A stretch of DNA of 64,000 bases. Source: an uncultured bacterium (lineage in GTDB: Bacteria > Patescibacteriota > Minisyncoccia > Phycocordibacterales > UBA6065). The translations under genes were made by a program, and so were the position numbers. The DNA is taken from assembly GCA_963841935.1 (NCBI GenBank), contig CAWJEP010000001.1, forward strand, positions 141,302 to 205,301, in the 5' to 3' direction. The notes under the pieces were generated by a model, which ran no database searches, was not told the DNA's origin, and worked only from the letters and a program-made list of their open reading frames with translations. This document shows positions 31,467 through 41,605 of this stretch, one piece after another; the stretch's first letter is position 1, and each line of letters starts with the position of its first letter.

Positions 31467-32078
31467 ATGTATCACAAAGCGCAGAAACATTTCAAAAAAG
31501 TCGACAAAACTCTTCATAGAGCGTCTTTGGGATTCAAAATAGAAAATCTAAAACCGTCTGATGACATTTTTCAAGATATTGTGTGGACTATTGTCGGTCA
31601 GCAGCTCTCCGGCAAGGCCGCCGACACCATATTCGAAAGATTTAAAAGACTTTTTCCGCGGGGAAAAATCACGGCAAAGAAAATTCTTGCTCTCAAAGAC
31701 GAAAAAATTCGGAAATGCGGGCTTTCGGGAGCGAAAGCCCGCGCGGTCAAAAATCTTTCCGAACATATCGCTTCAGGAAAATTGAAAATAAATAAATTTG
31801 CCGGACTCTCCGATGAGGACGTACTCTCGGAGCTTACGCAAGTCAAAGGCATTGGTCCGTGGACGGCACAAATGATACTTATGTTTTCTTTGGCTCGCGC
31901 CGATGTCTTTTCGAAAGGGGATTTGGGACTTCGTAAAGGTATTATGCGACTCTACGGAATGAAAAATCCGCCGAGCGAAAAGAAAATGGATTCGCTCACG
32001 GCGCCTTGGTCGCCGTATCGCACTTATGCCGCCCGCGTCCTCTGGAAAGTCGCTGACAAGGCCAAAGAAAAGAAATAA
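31467..32078 (+). CDS. HhH-GPD DNA glycosylase (AlkA-like 3-methyladenine glycosylase II)
   Basis: VKGIGPWTAQMILMFSLARADVFSKGDLGLRKG helix-hairpin-helix with catalytic Asp. Confidence 0.7.
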   Translation: MYHKAQKHFKKVDKTLHRASLGFKIENLKPSDDIFQDIVWTIVGQQLSGKAADTIFERFKRLFPRGKITAKKILALKDEKIRKCGLSGAKARAVKNLSEHIASGKLKINKFAGLSDEDVLSELTQVKGIGPWTAQMILMFSLARADVFSKGDLGLRKGIMRLYGMKNPPSEKKMDSLTAPWSPYRTYAARVLWKVADKAKEKK

Positions 32079-32136
32079 AAAATCCGCTCGATTTTTTGGC
32101 CGTTTATGCTATCGTGAAAGTCTCGAAAGAGAACAT

Positions 32137-32210
32137 TGCGGGATCGTCTAAAGGTAGGACGTCGCTCTCTGAAAGCGAAAATTTTGGTTCGATTCCAAGT
32201 CCCGCAGCCA
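32137..32210 (+). tRNA. tRNA-Gln(CUG) with encoded CCA
   Basis: U1:A72 pair, anticodon loop CTCTGAA, TTCGATT T-loop, discriminator G, 3' CCA. Confidence 0.8.
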
Positions 32211-32220
32211 TACAGATTTT

Positions 32221-33381
32221 TTATTTCGCCTTGGCGAAGAATCTTTTGCCTTTTTGGATTATGTCGCCGGATTTTACGACAATCTCGAGTGACGAGATTG
32301 TTTCGTTATTTATTTTTACGCCCTTTTCGACGATGAGTCTGCGCGCCTCCGACTTGCTGTCCGCGAGTTTGCTTTCGATTAAAGCGTCGATTATATTTTT
32401 TCCGGCTATTTCAAATTCGGATATGTCCTCCGGCGTTTCTTTTTTCTGAAAAGTGCTGATGAAATATTTCTCTGCCTCATTTGCCGATTTTTCTCCGTGA
32501 TACATTCTGACGAGTTCCTTGGCCAATTCCATTTTCATGTTTTTCGGATTCTCGCCGCTTTCAAATCTGTCTTTGACGGATTTTACTTTTTCCATCGGCA
32601 CGCGGGTAACGTGGATGAAATAAGTGACGACGATATCGTCCGGTATGGTCATAACTTTTCCGAACATATCATTCGCGGTATCCGAGAGAGTGATGGTGTT
32701 GCCCCAGCTCGAACTCATTTTTCTGCCGTCGGTGCCGGGAATGAGATTCATCGTCAGAATGTTTTGCGGTTTTTGTTTGTATGCTTTCTGGAGCGCGCGG
32801 CCGGCGAGGAGATTGAATTTCTGGTCGGTGCCGCCGAGCTCGACGTCGGACTTTATCGCCACGCTGTCGTAGCCTTGCATAATGGGGTAGAGGACTTCTC
32901 GCAAAGACACCCTTTTGCCCGTGTCGAGTCGGCGGCGGATATTTTCTCTGTCTATGAAATCAGAGAGGGAAAAAGCGTCCGCTTGGATTCCTATTTCCGC
33001 GAAGCCCAGCTTTTTCAGCCACTTTGAATTGTATTTTACTTCGGCTTTTCTTATGTCCAAAATCTTGGCTGCTTGGCGCGCGTATTCTTTCATGTTTTTC
33101 TTCACGACATCCGGAGAGAGCATCGGCCGCTCGCTGTCTTTGTCCGAAGTGTCGCCGATAAGTCCGGTGAAGTCGCCGATGATGAAAACTATTTTGTGTC
33201 CGAGATTCTGAAAGTCACGCAGTTTGAGGAGAGCGACGGAGCGGCCGAGATGAATATCGGGACTTGTCGGATCTATGCCGAGCTTTACGCGCAGCTTTTT
33301 GCCGGATTTGAGGGCTTTTTCCAAATCGTTTTTGTCTATGACTTCGGCGACGCCGCGGGTGAGGAGTTCTTCGTTTGTCAT
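32221..33381 (-). CDS. tyrS: Tyrosyl-tRNA synthetase
   Basis: Class I motifs PDIHLGR (HIGH-like) and KMSSS; C-terminal S4-like domain. Confidence 0.8.
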   Translation of the reverse strand: MTNEELLTRGVAEVIDKNDLEKALKSGKKLRVKLGIDPTSPDIHLGRSVALLKLRDFQNLGHKIVFIIGDFTGLIGDTSDKDSERPMLSPDVVKKNMKEYARQAAKILDIRKAEVKYNSKWLKKLGFAEIGIQADAFSLSDFIDRENIRRRLDTGKRVSLREVLYPIMQGYDSVAIKSDVELGGTDQKFNLLAGRALQKAYKQKPQNILTMNLIPGTDGRKMSSSWGNTITLSDTANDMFGKVMTIPDDIVVTYFIHVTRVPMEKVKSVKDRFESGENPKNMKMELAKELVRMYHGEKSANEAEKYFISTFQKKETPEDISEFEIAGKNIIDALIESKLADSKSEARRLIVEKGVKINNETISSLEIVVKSGDIIQKGKRFFAKAK

Positions 33382-33447
33382 AAGGCTATTTTATCACAAA
33401 ATCTCGGCGTGATATAATGACAAACGTTAGCATTAAATATTAAATTT

Positions 33448-33831
33448 ATGGATTACATTTTTCTTATTGCTAGAGTATTATTCGGCGGATATTTCGCTGT
33501 AGGCGGCTTTAATCATCTACGCCACTCCGACGCCATGGCCGGCTTCGCCGCCTCAAAGAAGGTTTCGTCGCCGAAGGCCATGGTCATCATAAGCGGACTG
33601 ATGATTTTGCTCGGCGGATTGGGAATCATTACCGGGCTTTATGTCGGCACCTCCGTTCTATTAATCGTCCTTTTTCTCATCCCCGTGACGTTTATAATGC
33701 ACAATTATTGGAACGAGACCGACCCGAACGCCAAGATGGCGGACCGCGTGCAGTTTATGAAAAACATGGCGCTCATCGGCGCGGCGCTGGCGTTTCTCGC
33801 GGTGGCAATGCCCTGGCCGTTGTCTTTGTAA
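33448..33831 (+). CDS. DoxX-family membrane protein
   Basis: RVLFGGYFAVGGFNHL pattern, four TM helices. Confidence 0.6.
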   Translation: MDYIFLIARVLFGGYFAVGGFNHLRHSDAMAGFAASKKVSSPKAMVIISGLMILLGGLGIITGLYVGTSVLLIVLFLIPVTFIMHNYWNETDPNAKMADRVQFMKNMALIGAALAFLAVAMPWPLSL

Positions 33832-33842
33832 GAAGCAATAAA

Positions 33843-33925
33843 AATCCGCCGGTATATTTTCTCGCTTGTGCGCTTCGCTCCGACTTACGCGCTCGAAAAT
33901 ATACCGGCGGATTTTGTTTTGCTTA
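33843..33925. terminator. Bidirectional terminator (long inverted repeat)
   Basis: ATCCGCCGGTATATTTTC ... GAAAATATACCGGCGGAT with T-runs on both strands, between convergent DoxX and ZIP genes. Confidence 0.7.
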
Positions 33926-34648
33926 CCCCGCGATTTTTATTGCAATAAACAGCACGGCCATGCCGATCAAAGTCATCGTGGTCGTCCAGAAAGTCGAATG
34001 TCTGTGGTAACTTTCCGGTAAAAGGTCGCTTGCTCCGATGTAGAGAAAGAATCCCGAGAACACTGCGAGCACGATTCCTAGAGTCGCTTCTGGCAGTGTG
34101 AAAAACATCGTCGAGATCACTCCGACTACCGGAGCGAGCGCGTCCACCAGAAGCCAGCGGAAAGCTTGTCTCTTCGAGCCGGCGTTTTTCAAAACAAGAT
34201 TGACCGTGTTTATTCCATCGGAGAAATCGTGGACCAAAACCGCCGTCGCCACGATTGCTCCGACTGCCGCCGACACTTGAAAGGCCAGACCTATTGCCGC
34301 GCCGTCGAGAAAACTGTGAATCGAAAGGGAACCGGCGCCGAGCCTGCCTCGGCGAACATGGTGATGTTCCTGACCCTCGTCTTCATCCTCGTGATGGTGA
34401 AGAGTGATGAGTCTGTCAAGAAGCATATATCCGGCAAATCCGAGAGCCACAACGCTTGTCATGTTTGCGACACCAAAGCTCGCGCCACCGAGGTTCAATG
34501 CTTCAGGCATAAGGTCGAAGAAAGCCACGGCGATGACGGCTCCGGCGGAGAAGCCCAAGATAAGATGCAGTCGGTCTTTGTGTTTTAGCGCGAATCCACC
34601 TCCGAGAAGGGTGGCAACGAACGTGGCGCAGGCGATGAGGATAATCAT
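33923..34648 (-). CDS. ZIP-family divalent metal (zinc) transporter
   Basis: Eight TM helices with His-rich loop HHHEDEDEGQEHHH, ZupT-like. Confidence 0.75.
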   Translation of the reverse strand: MIILIACATFVATLLGGGFALKHKDRLHLILGFSAGAVIAVAFFDLMPEALNLGGASFGVANMTSVVALGFAGYMLLDRLITLHHHEDEDEGQEHHHVRRGRLGAGSLSIHSFLDGAAIGLAFQVSAAVGAIVATAVLVHDFSDGINTVNLVLKNAGSKRQAFRWLLVDALAPVVGVISTMFFTLPEATLGIVLAVFSGFFLYIGASDLLPESYHRHSTFWTTTMTLIGMAVLFIAIKIAG

Positions 34649-34759
34649 ATGTTTTTTGTGTTGGTAATTTTTGCAAAGAAGGGTTCTAAAAGCAAATATA
34701 CGTTACGGGTAATATAATTGCAAGTAATTTGCATTTACTTAAACATCATGATACGCTGA

Positions 34760-35542
34760 TTGACGTTTTTCCGCCACGTTATGAAGATAAAAAAACTTTT
34801 CGAAAGAATTAAAAATCTGCCCAGCTACGCGCCTTCAAAAGAGGTTAACGGTTTGTTTTCCGAACTTGTTTCCAAAGCGACCAACACGAAAGACGAAGAG
34901 AGACTTACGCCAAAAGAACATATTCGCCTACGGGATATGTGCGCCGTAGCCGAATATGAATTGGAAAAACACTGGGCACTGAAAATTTCTTCCGGAGAAA
35001 ATGATTTACTCGATTTTCCTTATTATGAAAACTACGCCGACCTGACGAAAATCGAAATGAGCGCCTTGACTCTTTGCAAAAGCCACATGAAACACAGAAT
35101 ACTTTTTGTGGGAGGTGGTCCATTGCCTATGACGGCGATTATTTTGGCGAGAACGTACGGCCTCCGACTGACGGTCATAGACAATGATCCATTCGCGGCG
35201 GAATTGTCTTTGGCGGTTATTAGAAAACTCAAATTGGACAAAATGATTAAAGTCGTTCTCGCCGACGCCTGTTTTTTTGAAAAATACCAAAAATTCAACA
35301 CGGTTTTCGTCGCCGCCTTGGCCGGTGCCGGTTATGAACAAAAAGAGAGAATTTTTCGACGCATTAAAAATCGTTGTGAAAAAGAGACGCACATAATTGC
35401 TCGTTCAAGTGCCGGCAAGAGGGCCATGCTCTATGCGCCTTTGCCGAAAAGCGTTTACTCCATACTAGCGCCCATTTTTGAGATATCTCCGTATAACAGG
35501 ATAATTAATTCCGTCGTAATATTCAAAAATGCCGCCGAGTGA
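34760..35542 (+). CDS. Nicotianamine-synthase-like SAM-dependent aminobutyryl transferase
   Basis: ILFVGGGPLPMTAIILA ... FVAALAGAGYEQKERI ... RSSAGKRAMLYAPL resemble the NAS/CntL core. Confidence 0.6.
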   Translation: MTFFRHVMKIKKLFERIKNLPSYAPSKEVNGLFSELVSKATNTKDEERLTPKEHIRLRDMCAVAEYELEKHWALKISSGENDLLDFPYYENYADLTKIEMSALTLCKSHMKHRILFVGGGPLPMTAIILARTYGLRLTVIDNDPFAAELSLAVIRKLKLDKMIKVVLADACFFEKYQKFNTVFVAALAGAGYEQKERIFRRIKNRCEKETHIIARSSAGKRAMLYAPLPKSVYSILAPIFEISPYNRIINSVVIFKNAAE

Positions 35543-35565
35543 TAAAGTTGAATTGGTAAAAAGAC

Positions 35566-35982
35566 ATGAAAAAGAAAAACATAGAAGAAATTTTACAAAA
35601 ATACGAGTTTAGGGCAACTGATGGGAGAGTCAATCTAATTGCGGCGCTTTCTAAATGCCGCGCGCCGGAGACGATAGAAAAAATAGCCAAGATGGTTTCC
35701 CGATCTCTTGACGCGGCGAATGTCTATCGCGCCCTCGAAGCTTTTGAGAAAGCCGGAATTGTCCGAAAGACGGATTTTCATGACGGCAAGACTTATTACG
35801 AGCTTGTTCTGGACCGACATCACCACCACCACATCATATGCGTCAAATGCGGCAAAATAGAAGATGTCGTCGCTTGCGGTCCTACGCTTCAAAAATCCGT
35901 CTTGGCCAAATCAAAATCTTTTTCGTCCATCGACAGCCATTCGCTTGAATTTTTCGGAGTTTGTAAATCTTGCGCGTCATGA
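35566..35982 (+). CDS. Fur-family metalloregulator (Zur-like)
   Basis: Winged helix plus HHHHHIICVKCG ... CKSC metal sites. Confidence 0.7.
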   Translation: MKKKNIEEILQKYEFRATDGRVNLIAALSKCRAPETIEKIAKMVSRSLDAANVYRALEAFEKAGIVRKTDFHDGKTYYELVLDRHHHHHIICVKCGKIEDVVACGPTLQKSVLAKSKSFSSIDSHSLEFFGVCKSCAS

Positions 35983-37106
35983 AAAAATTCCTATTTCTAT
36001 TTTTTTCCGTTTTGATTTTAGTGCCCGTGATATCTCACGCCCAGACCGAGGACAAATCAAGCGTTGAGACGATGAAAGCTAAGGTCGTGCAAGTTGTTTC
36101 GAACACGACAGGCACGCTACCGGGCACGGACACGAAAGAAAATTCTCAAATGCTCGAGATCCAAATAGAAAGCGGCACGGCGTCCGGCGAGACAAAAATG
36201 CTGGAGAACGACGCAGCGCCGCTTTCCGTGGGAGATCAAGTCTACGTCACGCACACGGTTGACCCTTCGGAAAATATTGACCAATGGGCGATTTCCGATC
36301 CCGACAGATTGCCGGAGCTCGGCGTACTTCTCTTGGTTTTCATCGGTTGCGTTTTTCTTTTCGGCGGCTGGCAGGGAATACGCGCCATAGTTTCGTTGGC
36401 GCTCGGCATCGCCATAATCATTTTTGTTTTTTTGCCGGGAATATTATCAGGAGTATCCGCGCTTCTTCTCTCGTCGCTTGTGGCGGCTTTTATCGTTCTT
36501 GTCGGCGGATATTTGACCCACGGCGTGAGCAAGACGACTACCGCGGCAATAATTGGAATGGTCCTAGCGATTCTCGTAAGCGTTTTACTCGCCCATATTT
36601 TTATCGGAGCCATGCATCTTACGGGTTTTGAAAACGAAGAGGCGGCATATCTCAACATCAACACGGGTGGCACGATAAATTTTACCGGACTGCTTCTCGG
36701 CGGCATCATTATCGGCCTTCTGGGCGTGCTCTACGATGCGGCAATAGGGCAGGCGGTAGTGGTTGCGGAACTTAGAAGCGCCGCGCCGGATTTAAGCCGA
36801 AGGGAAATTTTCCGCCGAGCCATGCGCATCGGTCACGAGCACATCGGCGCTCTGGTAAACACTCTGGCTATAGCATATGTCGGCGCGTCTTTGCCGCTTT
36901 TGCTTTTGTTCTATTCTTCCACCGCCGGACATCCCTTAATTACCCTCAACAAAGAAATATTTTCCACGGAGATTGCCCGCGCCCTTATCGGTTCCATAGG
37001 CCTCGTCTTGGCGGTGCCGCTCACCACATATATAGCCATCATAATGCACTTAGGAAAAGACGGTCGTTTTTCGGGGTATCACGGCCATTCGCACACCCAT
37101 AATTGA
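35970..37106 (+). CDS. YibE/F-family membrane protein
   Basis: Signal peptide, extracellular domain then about eight TM helices; His-rich C-terminus. Confidence 0.55.
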   Translation: MRVMKKFLFLFFSVLILVPVISHAQTEDKSSVETMKAKVVQVVSNTTGTLPGTDTKENSQMLEIQIESGTASGETKMLENDAAPLSVGDQVYVTHTVDPSENIDQWAISDPDRLPELGVLLLVFIGCVFLFGGWQGIRAIVSLALGIAIIIFVFLPGILSGVSALLLSSLVAAFIVLVGGYLTHGVSKTTTAAIIGMVLAILVSVLLAHIFIGAMHLTGFENEEAAYLNINTGGTINFTGLLLGGIIIGLLGVLYDAAIGQAVVVAELRSAAPDLSRREIFRRAMRIGHEHIGALVNTLAIAYVGASLPLLLLFYSSTAGHPLITLNKEIFSTEIARALIGSIGLVLAVPLTTYIAIIMHLGKDGRFSGYHGHSHTHN

Positions 37107-37213
37107 AATGAAAGTTTTGCGTCATATTTGCGTATATATACGTATGGTATTATGAAAATGACGCCAAATATCAGGTTTGCGGCGTAGTTTTACAAGTTTT
37201 AGTCAAAATATAT

Positions 37214-37510
37214 ATGCAAAAAGGCAAAGCGGCAGTGTGGTGGATTATTATAATCCTCATCGTTATTATCGGCGGCGTCTGGTGGTGGAACTCTTCGCAG
37301 TCGGCTACGGCGCTTTCCCCGATGACGCCGGCTCAAAACCAGTCGGCATCGGTTTCTTCTCCGGAGCAGGGACTTTCGACTTCGCCGTCCGATTCTTCAA
37401 ACTCGGCACTCAATCAGGATTTAAGCTCGATTAATTCGCAAATGAACGGACTTTCAAGCGACAACTCGGCCATCGACCAGAGTCTTAGCGCTTCGACCAC
37501 GGCCCAATAA
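37214..37510 (+). CDS. Small secreted Ser-rich protein
   Basis: TM/signal then low-complexity Ser/Asn/Gln. Confidence 0.4.
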   Translation: MQKGKAAVWWIIIILIVIIGGVWWWNSSQSATALSPMTPAQNQSASVSSPEQGLSTSPSDSSNSALNQDLSSINSQMNGLSSDNSAIDQSLSASTTAQ

Positions 37511-37537
37511 AAATTAAAAATAAATTTTCCAAAACAT

Positions 37538-38452
37538 ATGAAAGAAAAATTGATATTAAATATTTTAGGCGTGTCACTGGCGATCGCCATGGCTTTCTCC
37601 ATAGCCGGCATAGCGCAGGCGCAAGCCGTCGGTGTTTCCGCTTCCGCAAATGTTTCTTCGCCTGTGGCGCGCTTTGCCGGCGGCGCGAGAGCGAGTTCTA
37701 CTATTAGGATTTCCGCGAGCGCTCGCGCCGCAATGATAGCAAGCACAACTGCCGCCAGAATGGCTGCGATGAGAACTCGTGACAATACGGAGATTGGTAA
37801 TCGCGTCACGACCTTAAATGACCTGTTGTCTCGTATAGAAAGTATGGCGAGACTTTCTGACGCCGAAAAATCAAACTTTACTTCGGAGATTCAATCGGAA
37901 ATATCCGACCTGACTTCGCTTCAATCAAACATCGGCACGGACACGAGCACGACGTCTCTTGGCTCGGACAGCAAATCCATAACTCAAGCTTACAGAATAT
38001 ACGCTCTCGTGGTGCCGCAGGGATCTATCACGGCCGCCGCCGATAGAATTAATACCATCGTGACTTCGTTTGGAACATTGGAAACGAAACTTCAGACTCG
38101 TATCACGGCCGCCCAAACGGCGGGCGACGATATCTCGGCGGAAACTTCGGCTTTGGCGGATTTCACCGCGAAAGTGTCCGACGCCGGAACACAAGCCGCC
38201 GCGGCCTCGAGCGAAGTGGCGAACTTGCAGCCCGACAACGGCGTAGAGACCGTCCTCGCTTCAAATGACGCCACCCTCAAAGACGCTCACTCGAAAATCC
38301 AAATGGCCACGAATGACTTAAAAAACGCGGAAGAAGACGCCACGACCATCATCAAAGACATAGAAGCTTTGAAATTATCTTCGCCCGCGACGCCTTCAGT
38401 TACGGTTACCGGTACCACATCGACAGAAACTTCGACGAGTTCAAGCCAATAG
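37538..38452 (+). CDS. Secreted Ala/Thr/Ser-rich coiled-coil protein
   Basis: Signal peptide ending AQAQA, 304 aa. Confidence 0.45.
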   Translation: MKEKLILNILGVSLAIAMAFSIAGIAQAQAVGVSASANVSSPVARFAGGARASSTIRISASARAAMIASTTAARMAAMRTRDNTEIGNRVTTLNDLLSRIESMARLSDAEKSNFTSEIQSEISDLTSLQSNIGTDTSTTSLGSDSKSITQAYRIYALVVPQGSITAAADRINTIVTSFGTLETKLQTRITAAQTAGDDISAETSALADFTAKVSDAGTQAAAASSEVANLQPDNGVETVLASNDATLKDAHSKIQMATNDLKNAEEDATTIIKDIEALKLSSPATPSVTVTGTTSTETSTSSSQ

Positions 38453-38489
38453 TTTTGATTTCGAAGTCTTGTTCGTGTAAAGTGGATAG

Positions 38490-39137
38490 ATGAACGAAAC
38501 AAACATCGAAAAGGAAATGGCGCGCCGCGCTAACATAAAAAAATGGATTGAAATCGGCGTCATTATCGCCATTTTCGCCGGGCTTCTCTTTGCCGCCTAC
38601 TGGTGGTTCGTGATACGCACTCGAGTCTACACCGACAGCGCCGACATCGAAGCGCCACTCATAGAACTTAGCCCCGAAACTCCTGGCGTTCTCAAACAAG
38701 TCCTCGTCAAAGACGGCGATATCGTGGCGACATCCACGCCCGTGGCTCAAATCGGCGACACATATCTCATTACGAGTTCTAGCGGCCTTATCGTCGGCAC
38801 TGACGATTCCATAGGCACGCTTTTTTCTCCTGGCCAAGCGGTCGTGACGATGATAAATCCCGCCGAATTGCGGCTTGTGGCGAAAGTCGACGAGAACAAC
38901 GGTCTTTCCGACATAAAACCCGGCGATGAAGTCGTTTTCACTTTGGATGCCTTCGGTTCAAGAAAGTTCTCCGGCACGGTGGATGAAATAGTGCCGACTT
39001 CTTATGCCTCGGCCATAGACTTTAATATTTCCGACCAGAGACAAGAACAGCAGTTTGAAGTGAAAATTTCCTATGATGTCATGGACAATCCGGAAATCCT
39101 AAACGGCATGTCGGCGAAAGTCTGGATATACAAATAA
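38490..39137 (+). CDS. HlyD-family membrane-fusion (efflux adaptor) protein, short form
   Basis: TM anchor, biotinyl/lipoyl-like beta domains; precedes an MFS pump. Confidence 0.6.
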   Translation: MNETNIEKEMARRANIKKWIEIGVIIAIFAGLLFAAYWWFVIRTRVYTDSADIEAPLIELSPETPGVLKQVLVKDGDIVATSTPVAQIGDTYLITSSSGLIVGTDDSIGTLFSPGQAVVTMINPAELRLVAKVDENNGLSDIKPGDEVVFTLDAFGSRKFSGTVDEIVPTSYASAIDFNISDQRQEQQFEVKISYDVMDNPEILNGMSAKVWIYK

Positions 39138-39138
39138 A

Positions 39139-40638
39139 ATGGATGGCGAACGGAGAAGTAAGGAAAGTGAAGTGCTCCCGTGGCTTATTTTGGCGACGGT
39201 CATTGTCGGGACATTTCTGGGTCGTCTTGACCAGACCATAGTCAATCTTGCTCTGCCGAAAATCATCGAAGATTTCGGTATTTCCGTTTCGGCTTCCGGC
39301 TGGATAGCCACGGCCTATATTTTGGCCAACGCCGTTTTCGTGCCTATTTGGGGCAAGCTCGGAGACACCATAGGTCGGAAAAAAGTCTACATTACCGGCT
39401 TCGTCATATTTATTTTCGGTTCGGTTCTCGCCGGATTATCGTGGAATCTAAGCTCGATGATAGTTTTCCGCATCATTCAAGCTATAGCCAGCTCCGCGGA
39501 CTATCCGACGGCCATGGCGATTCTCACCGTGACGTTCGTCGATATGAAAAAGAGGGGACAAGCGCTTGGCATTTGGTCGTCGGCTTTCGCCGCCGCAGCC
39601 GTTTTTGGTCCACTCATCGGCGGACCTCTCATAGACAATTTCGGCTGGCGCTCGATATTTCTTTTGAATCTTCCAGTCGGTCTCGTGGGACTCGCCATGG
39701 CCCTTCTTTTCGTGAAAGAATCCGTTTCTGGAAGAAAAAACGTAAAGTTTGACTGGTGGGGAGCCATGATGCTTGGCGGCGCTTTGGCGTCACTGTCTTT
39801 AGTTCTCGACCAAGGGCAGAGTTGGGGCTGGCTCTCGAGCAACAGCATTATCACTTATCTCGCCACGATAATTTGCACGATTCTTTTCATCGTCATAGAA
39901 AAAAGAGTCGCCGAGCCAATAGTTGATTTCAAATTCTTCAAAATTCCGGCTTTCGTCTACACCGTCATAAACAACTTTATCGTTTTTATGGGCATGATGG
40001 GTTCCGTTTTTCTCATTCCGGTTTTTGCCGAAACTTTTCTCGGCTACACGGCTACTCAAGCGGGATATCTCTTTATGCCGATGGCGGCGGCTCTCATTCT
40101 GGCGTCGCCGATAGGTGGCTCGCTCATCGGCAAAGTCAAAGCCAAATACGTGATTTTCGCTTCGACTTTGGTCGCGGCTTTGGGCCTTTGGATGTTTTCG
40201 TGGTATCTCGACATCCGTTCGACGCCCTGGGATATTATTTTCCCGCTTTTCATAATGGCTTTCGGTTTAGGGTTCGGTATGGCTCAACGCACGAACATCG
40301 TGGCTTCGGTCGTGCCGGCGAAAGAAATCGGCGTGGCGTCATCGATACTCGCTCTGGCGCGAAATATTTCCGGCGCTTTCGGCGTCTCCGTCTTCGCCAC
40401 GCTTTTGACTTATATTTCGGAAAAAAATGTTTTGACAATCGCCAAGTGGAGCAGTGTTCACACGACGAATCCGGCTATGGTCAGCCAATTTGTCGGCTTG
40501 GTGGAAATCAAGGGCCAAGTCGAGGCCTACGCGAGCGTTTTTGCAATATCTGCCGTCATAGTCCTCATCGGCGCTTTCCTTTCTTTCTTCATCAACGTGC
40601 CGCATGAGCGGCACGACATAAAAGTCCACGTAGAATAA
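39139..40638 (+). CDS. MFS transporter, DHA2/EmrB-like (14 TMS)
   Basis: GRLDQTIVNLALPKI and GKLGDTIGRKK motifs. Confidence 0.8.
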   Translation: MDGERRSKESEVLPWLILATVIVGTFLGRLDQTIVNLALPKIIEDFGISVSASGWIATAYILANAVFVPIWGKLGDTIGRKKVYITGFVIFIFGSVLAGLSWNLSSMIVFRIIQAIASSADYPTAMAILTVTFVDMKKRGQALGIWSSAFAAAAVFGPLIGGPLIDNFGWRSIFLLNLPVGLVGLAMALLFVKESVSGRKNVKFDWWGAMMLGGALASLSLVLDQGQSWGWLSSNSIITYLATIICTILFIVIEKRVAEPIVDFKFFKIPAFVYTVINNFIVFMGMMGSVFLIPVFAETFLGYTATQAGYLFMPMAAALILASPIGGSLIGKVKAKYVIFASTLVAALGLWMFSWYLDIRSTPWDIIFPLFIMAFGLGFGMAQRTNIVASVVPAKEIGVASSILALARNISGAFGVSVFATLLTYISEKNVLTIAKWSSVHTTNPAMVSQFVGLVEIKGQVEAYASVFAISAVIVLIGAFLSFFINVPHERHDIKVHVE

Positions 40639-40639
40639 T

Positions 40640-41215
40640 TTATTTTTTCAAACCTTTCCGGCTGCATTCTTTACAACGCGCTTCATACAAATCCTTTGCG
40701 CCGACGAGAACTTGTCCGCCTTCGGAAGTCTTTCTATGCGAAATGCTGGCCATGCCGCCACAGACGACGCATATGGCGTGAAGTTTCGTGACGTAATCGG
40801 CGACGGCGAGAAGGTTTGGAACTTGTCCGAACGGCTTGCCTAAATAATCCATATCGAGTCCAGCCACTATGACGCGGGAACCTTGACGGACGAGCGTCTC
40901 ACAAACCTCAACAATATCTTTATCGAAAAACTGCGCTTCATCAATGCCCACGACGTCGGCGCCTTTGGCGAGCTTGAGGATTTCCTTCGAATTCTTGACG
41001 ACCACGGACGATAAAGCGTGTGAATCGTGGCTCATGACTTTTGTCTTTGAGTAGCGAGTGTCGAGCGCCGGCTTAAAAATTTTCACGTTTTGTTTGGCAA
41101 TGTCGGCGCGTTTCAACCTGCGAATGAGCTCTTCCGTTTTTCCCGAAAACATACTGCCGCAGATTACTTCTATCCAACCTTTCTGACCGCACACGCCGTT
41201 CGGTTCTATAAACAT
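40640..41215 (-). CDS. tdk: Thymidine kinase
   Basis: GSMFSGKTEELIRR P-loop, C-terminal zinc ribbon cysteines. Confidence 0.85.
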   Translation of the reverse strand: MFIEPNGVCGQKGWIEVICGSMFSGKTEELIRRLKRADIAKQNVKIFKPALDTRYSKTKVMSHDSHALSSVVVKNSKEILKLAKGADVVGIDEAQFFDKDIVEVCETLVRQGSRVIVAGLDMDYLGKPFGQVPNLLAVADYVTKLHAICVVCGGMASISHRKTSEGGQVLVGAKDLYEARCKECSRKGLKK

Positions 41216-41227
41216 TTAAAGATTATA

Positions 41228-41599
41228 TCACTCCGAAGCGAAATTATTTCCCATCAAAAATATAGCGAGCATTCCTGCCGCGAGACCCAAGTCCCGTACC
41301 GCTATATCGCTCCAGCCGAGAAGGGTGATGATGTGTATGAGGTCGAGGAAAAGCAGAGCGCTTATCGTGCGCGTGAAATATCCGGAAAAAAGAAGCACGC
41401 CGGCCGCGATTTCAAACAGGCCGTGAATAAACACGAGAGTGACCGGCGGCATGATGGCGTTTGTCCATGTTGGCACGAGACCGACCCATACGCTCGGGTC
41501 GGAAACCGATTGCCAGCCGAAATACATGAAAACGAACCCGAGAGTTATCCTCAAGACAAACGGCGCGTAGATTTTCAGTCTGTCTATTTTTTGATTCAT
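41228..41599 (-). CDS. DoxX-family membrane protein
   Basis: RITLGFVFMYFGWQ pattern. Confidence 0.55.
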   Translation of the reverse strand: MNQKIDRLKIYAPFVLRITLGFVFMYFGWQSVSDPSVWVGLVPTWTNAIMPPVTLVFIHGLFEIAAGVLLFSGYFTRTISALLFLDLIHIITLLGWSDIAVRDLGLAAGMLAIFLMGNNFASE

Positions 41600-41605
41600 A
41601 TTTTT

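Noticed and set aside
32096-32449. 117-aa plus-strand ORF
   Set aside because: Overlaps tRNA-Gln and runs antisense into the tyrS 3' end; the tRNA cloverleaf explains the conservation.
34650-34760. Calling a definite Zur box
   Set aside because: Palindromes are imperfect and I cannot score them against a matrix; left as a hypothesis inside the metal-island finding.
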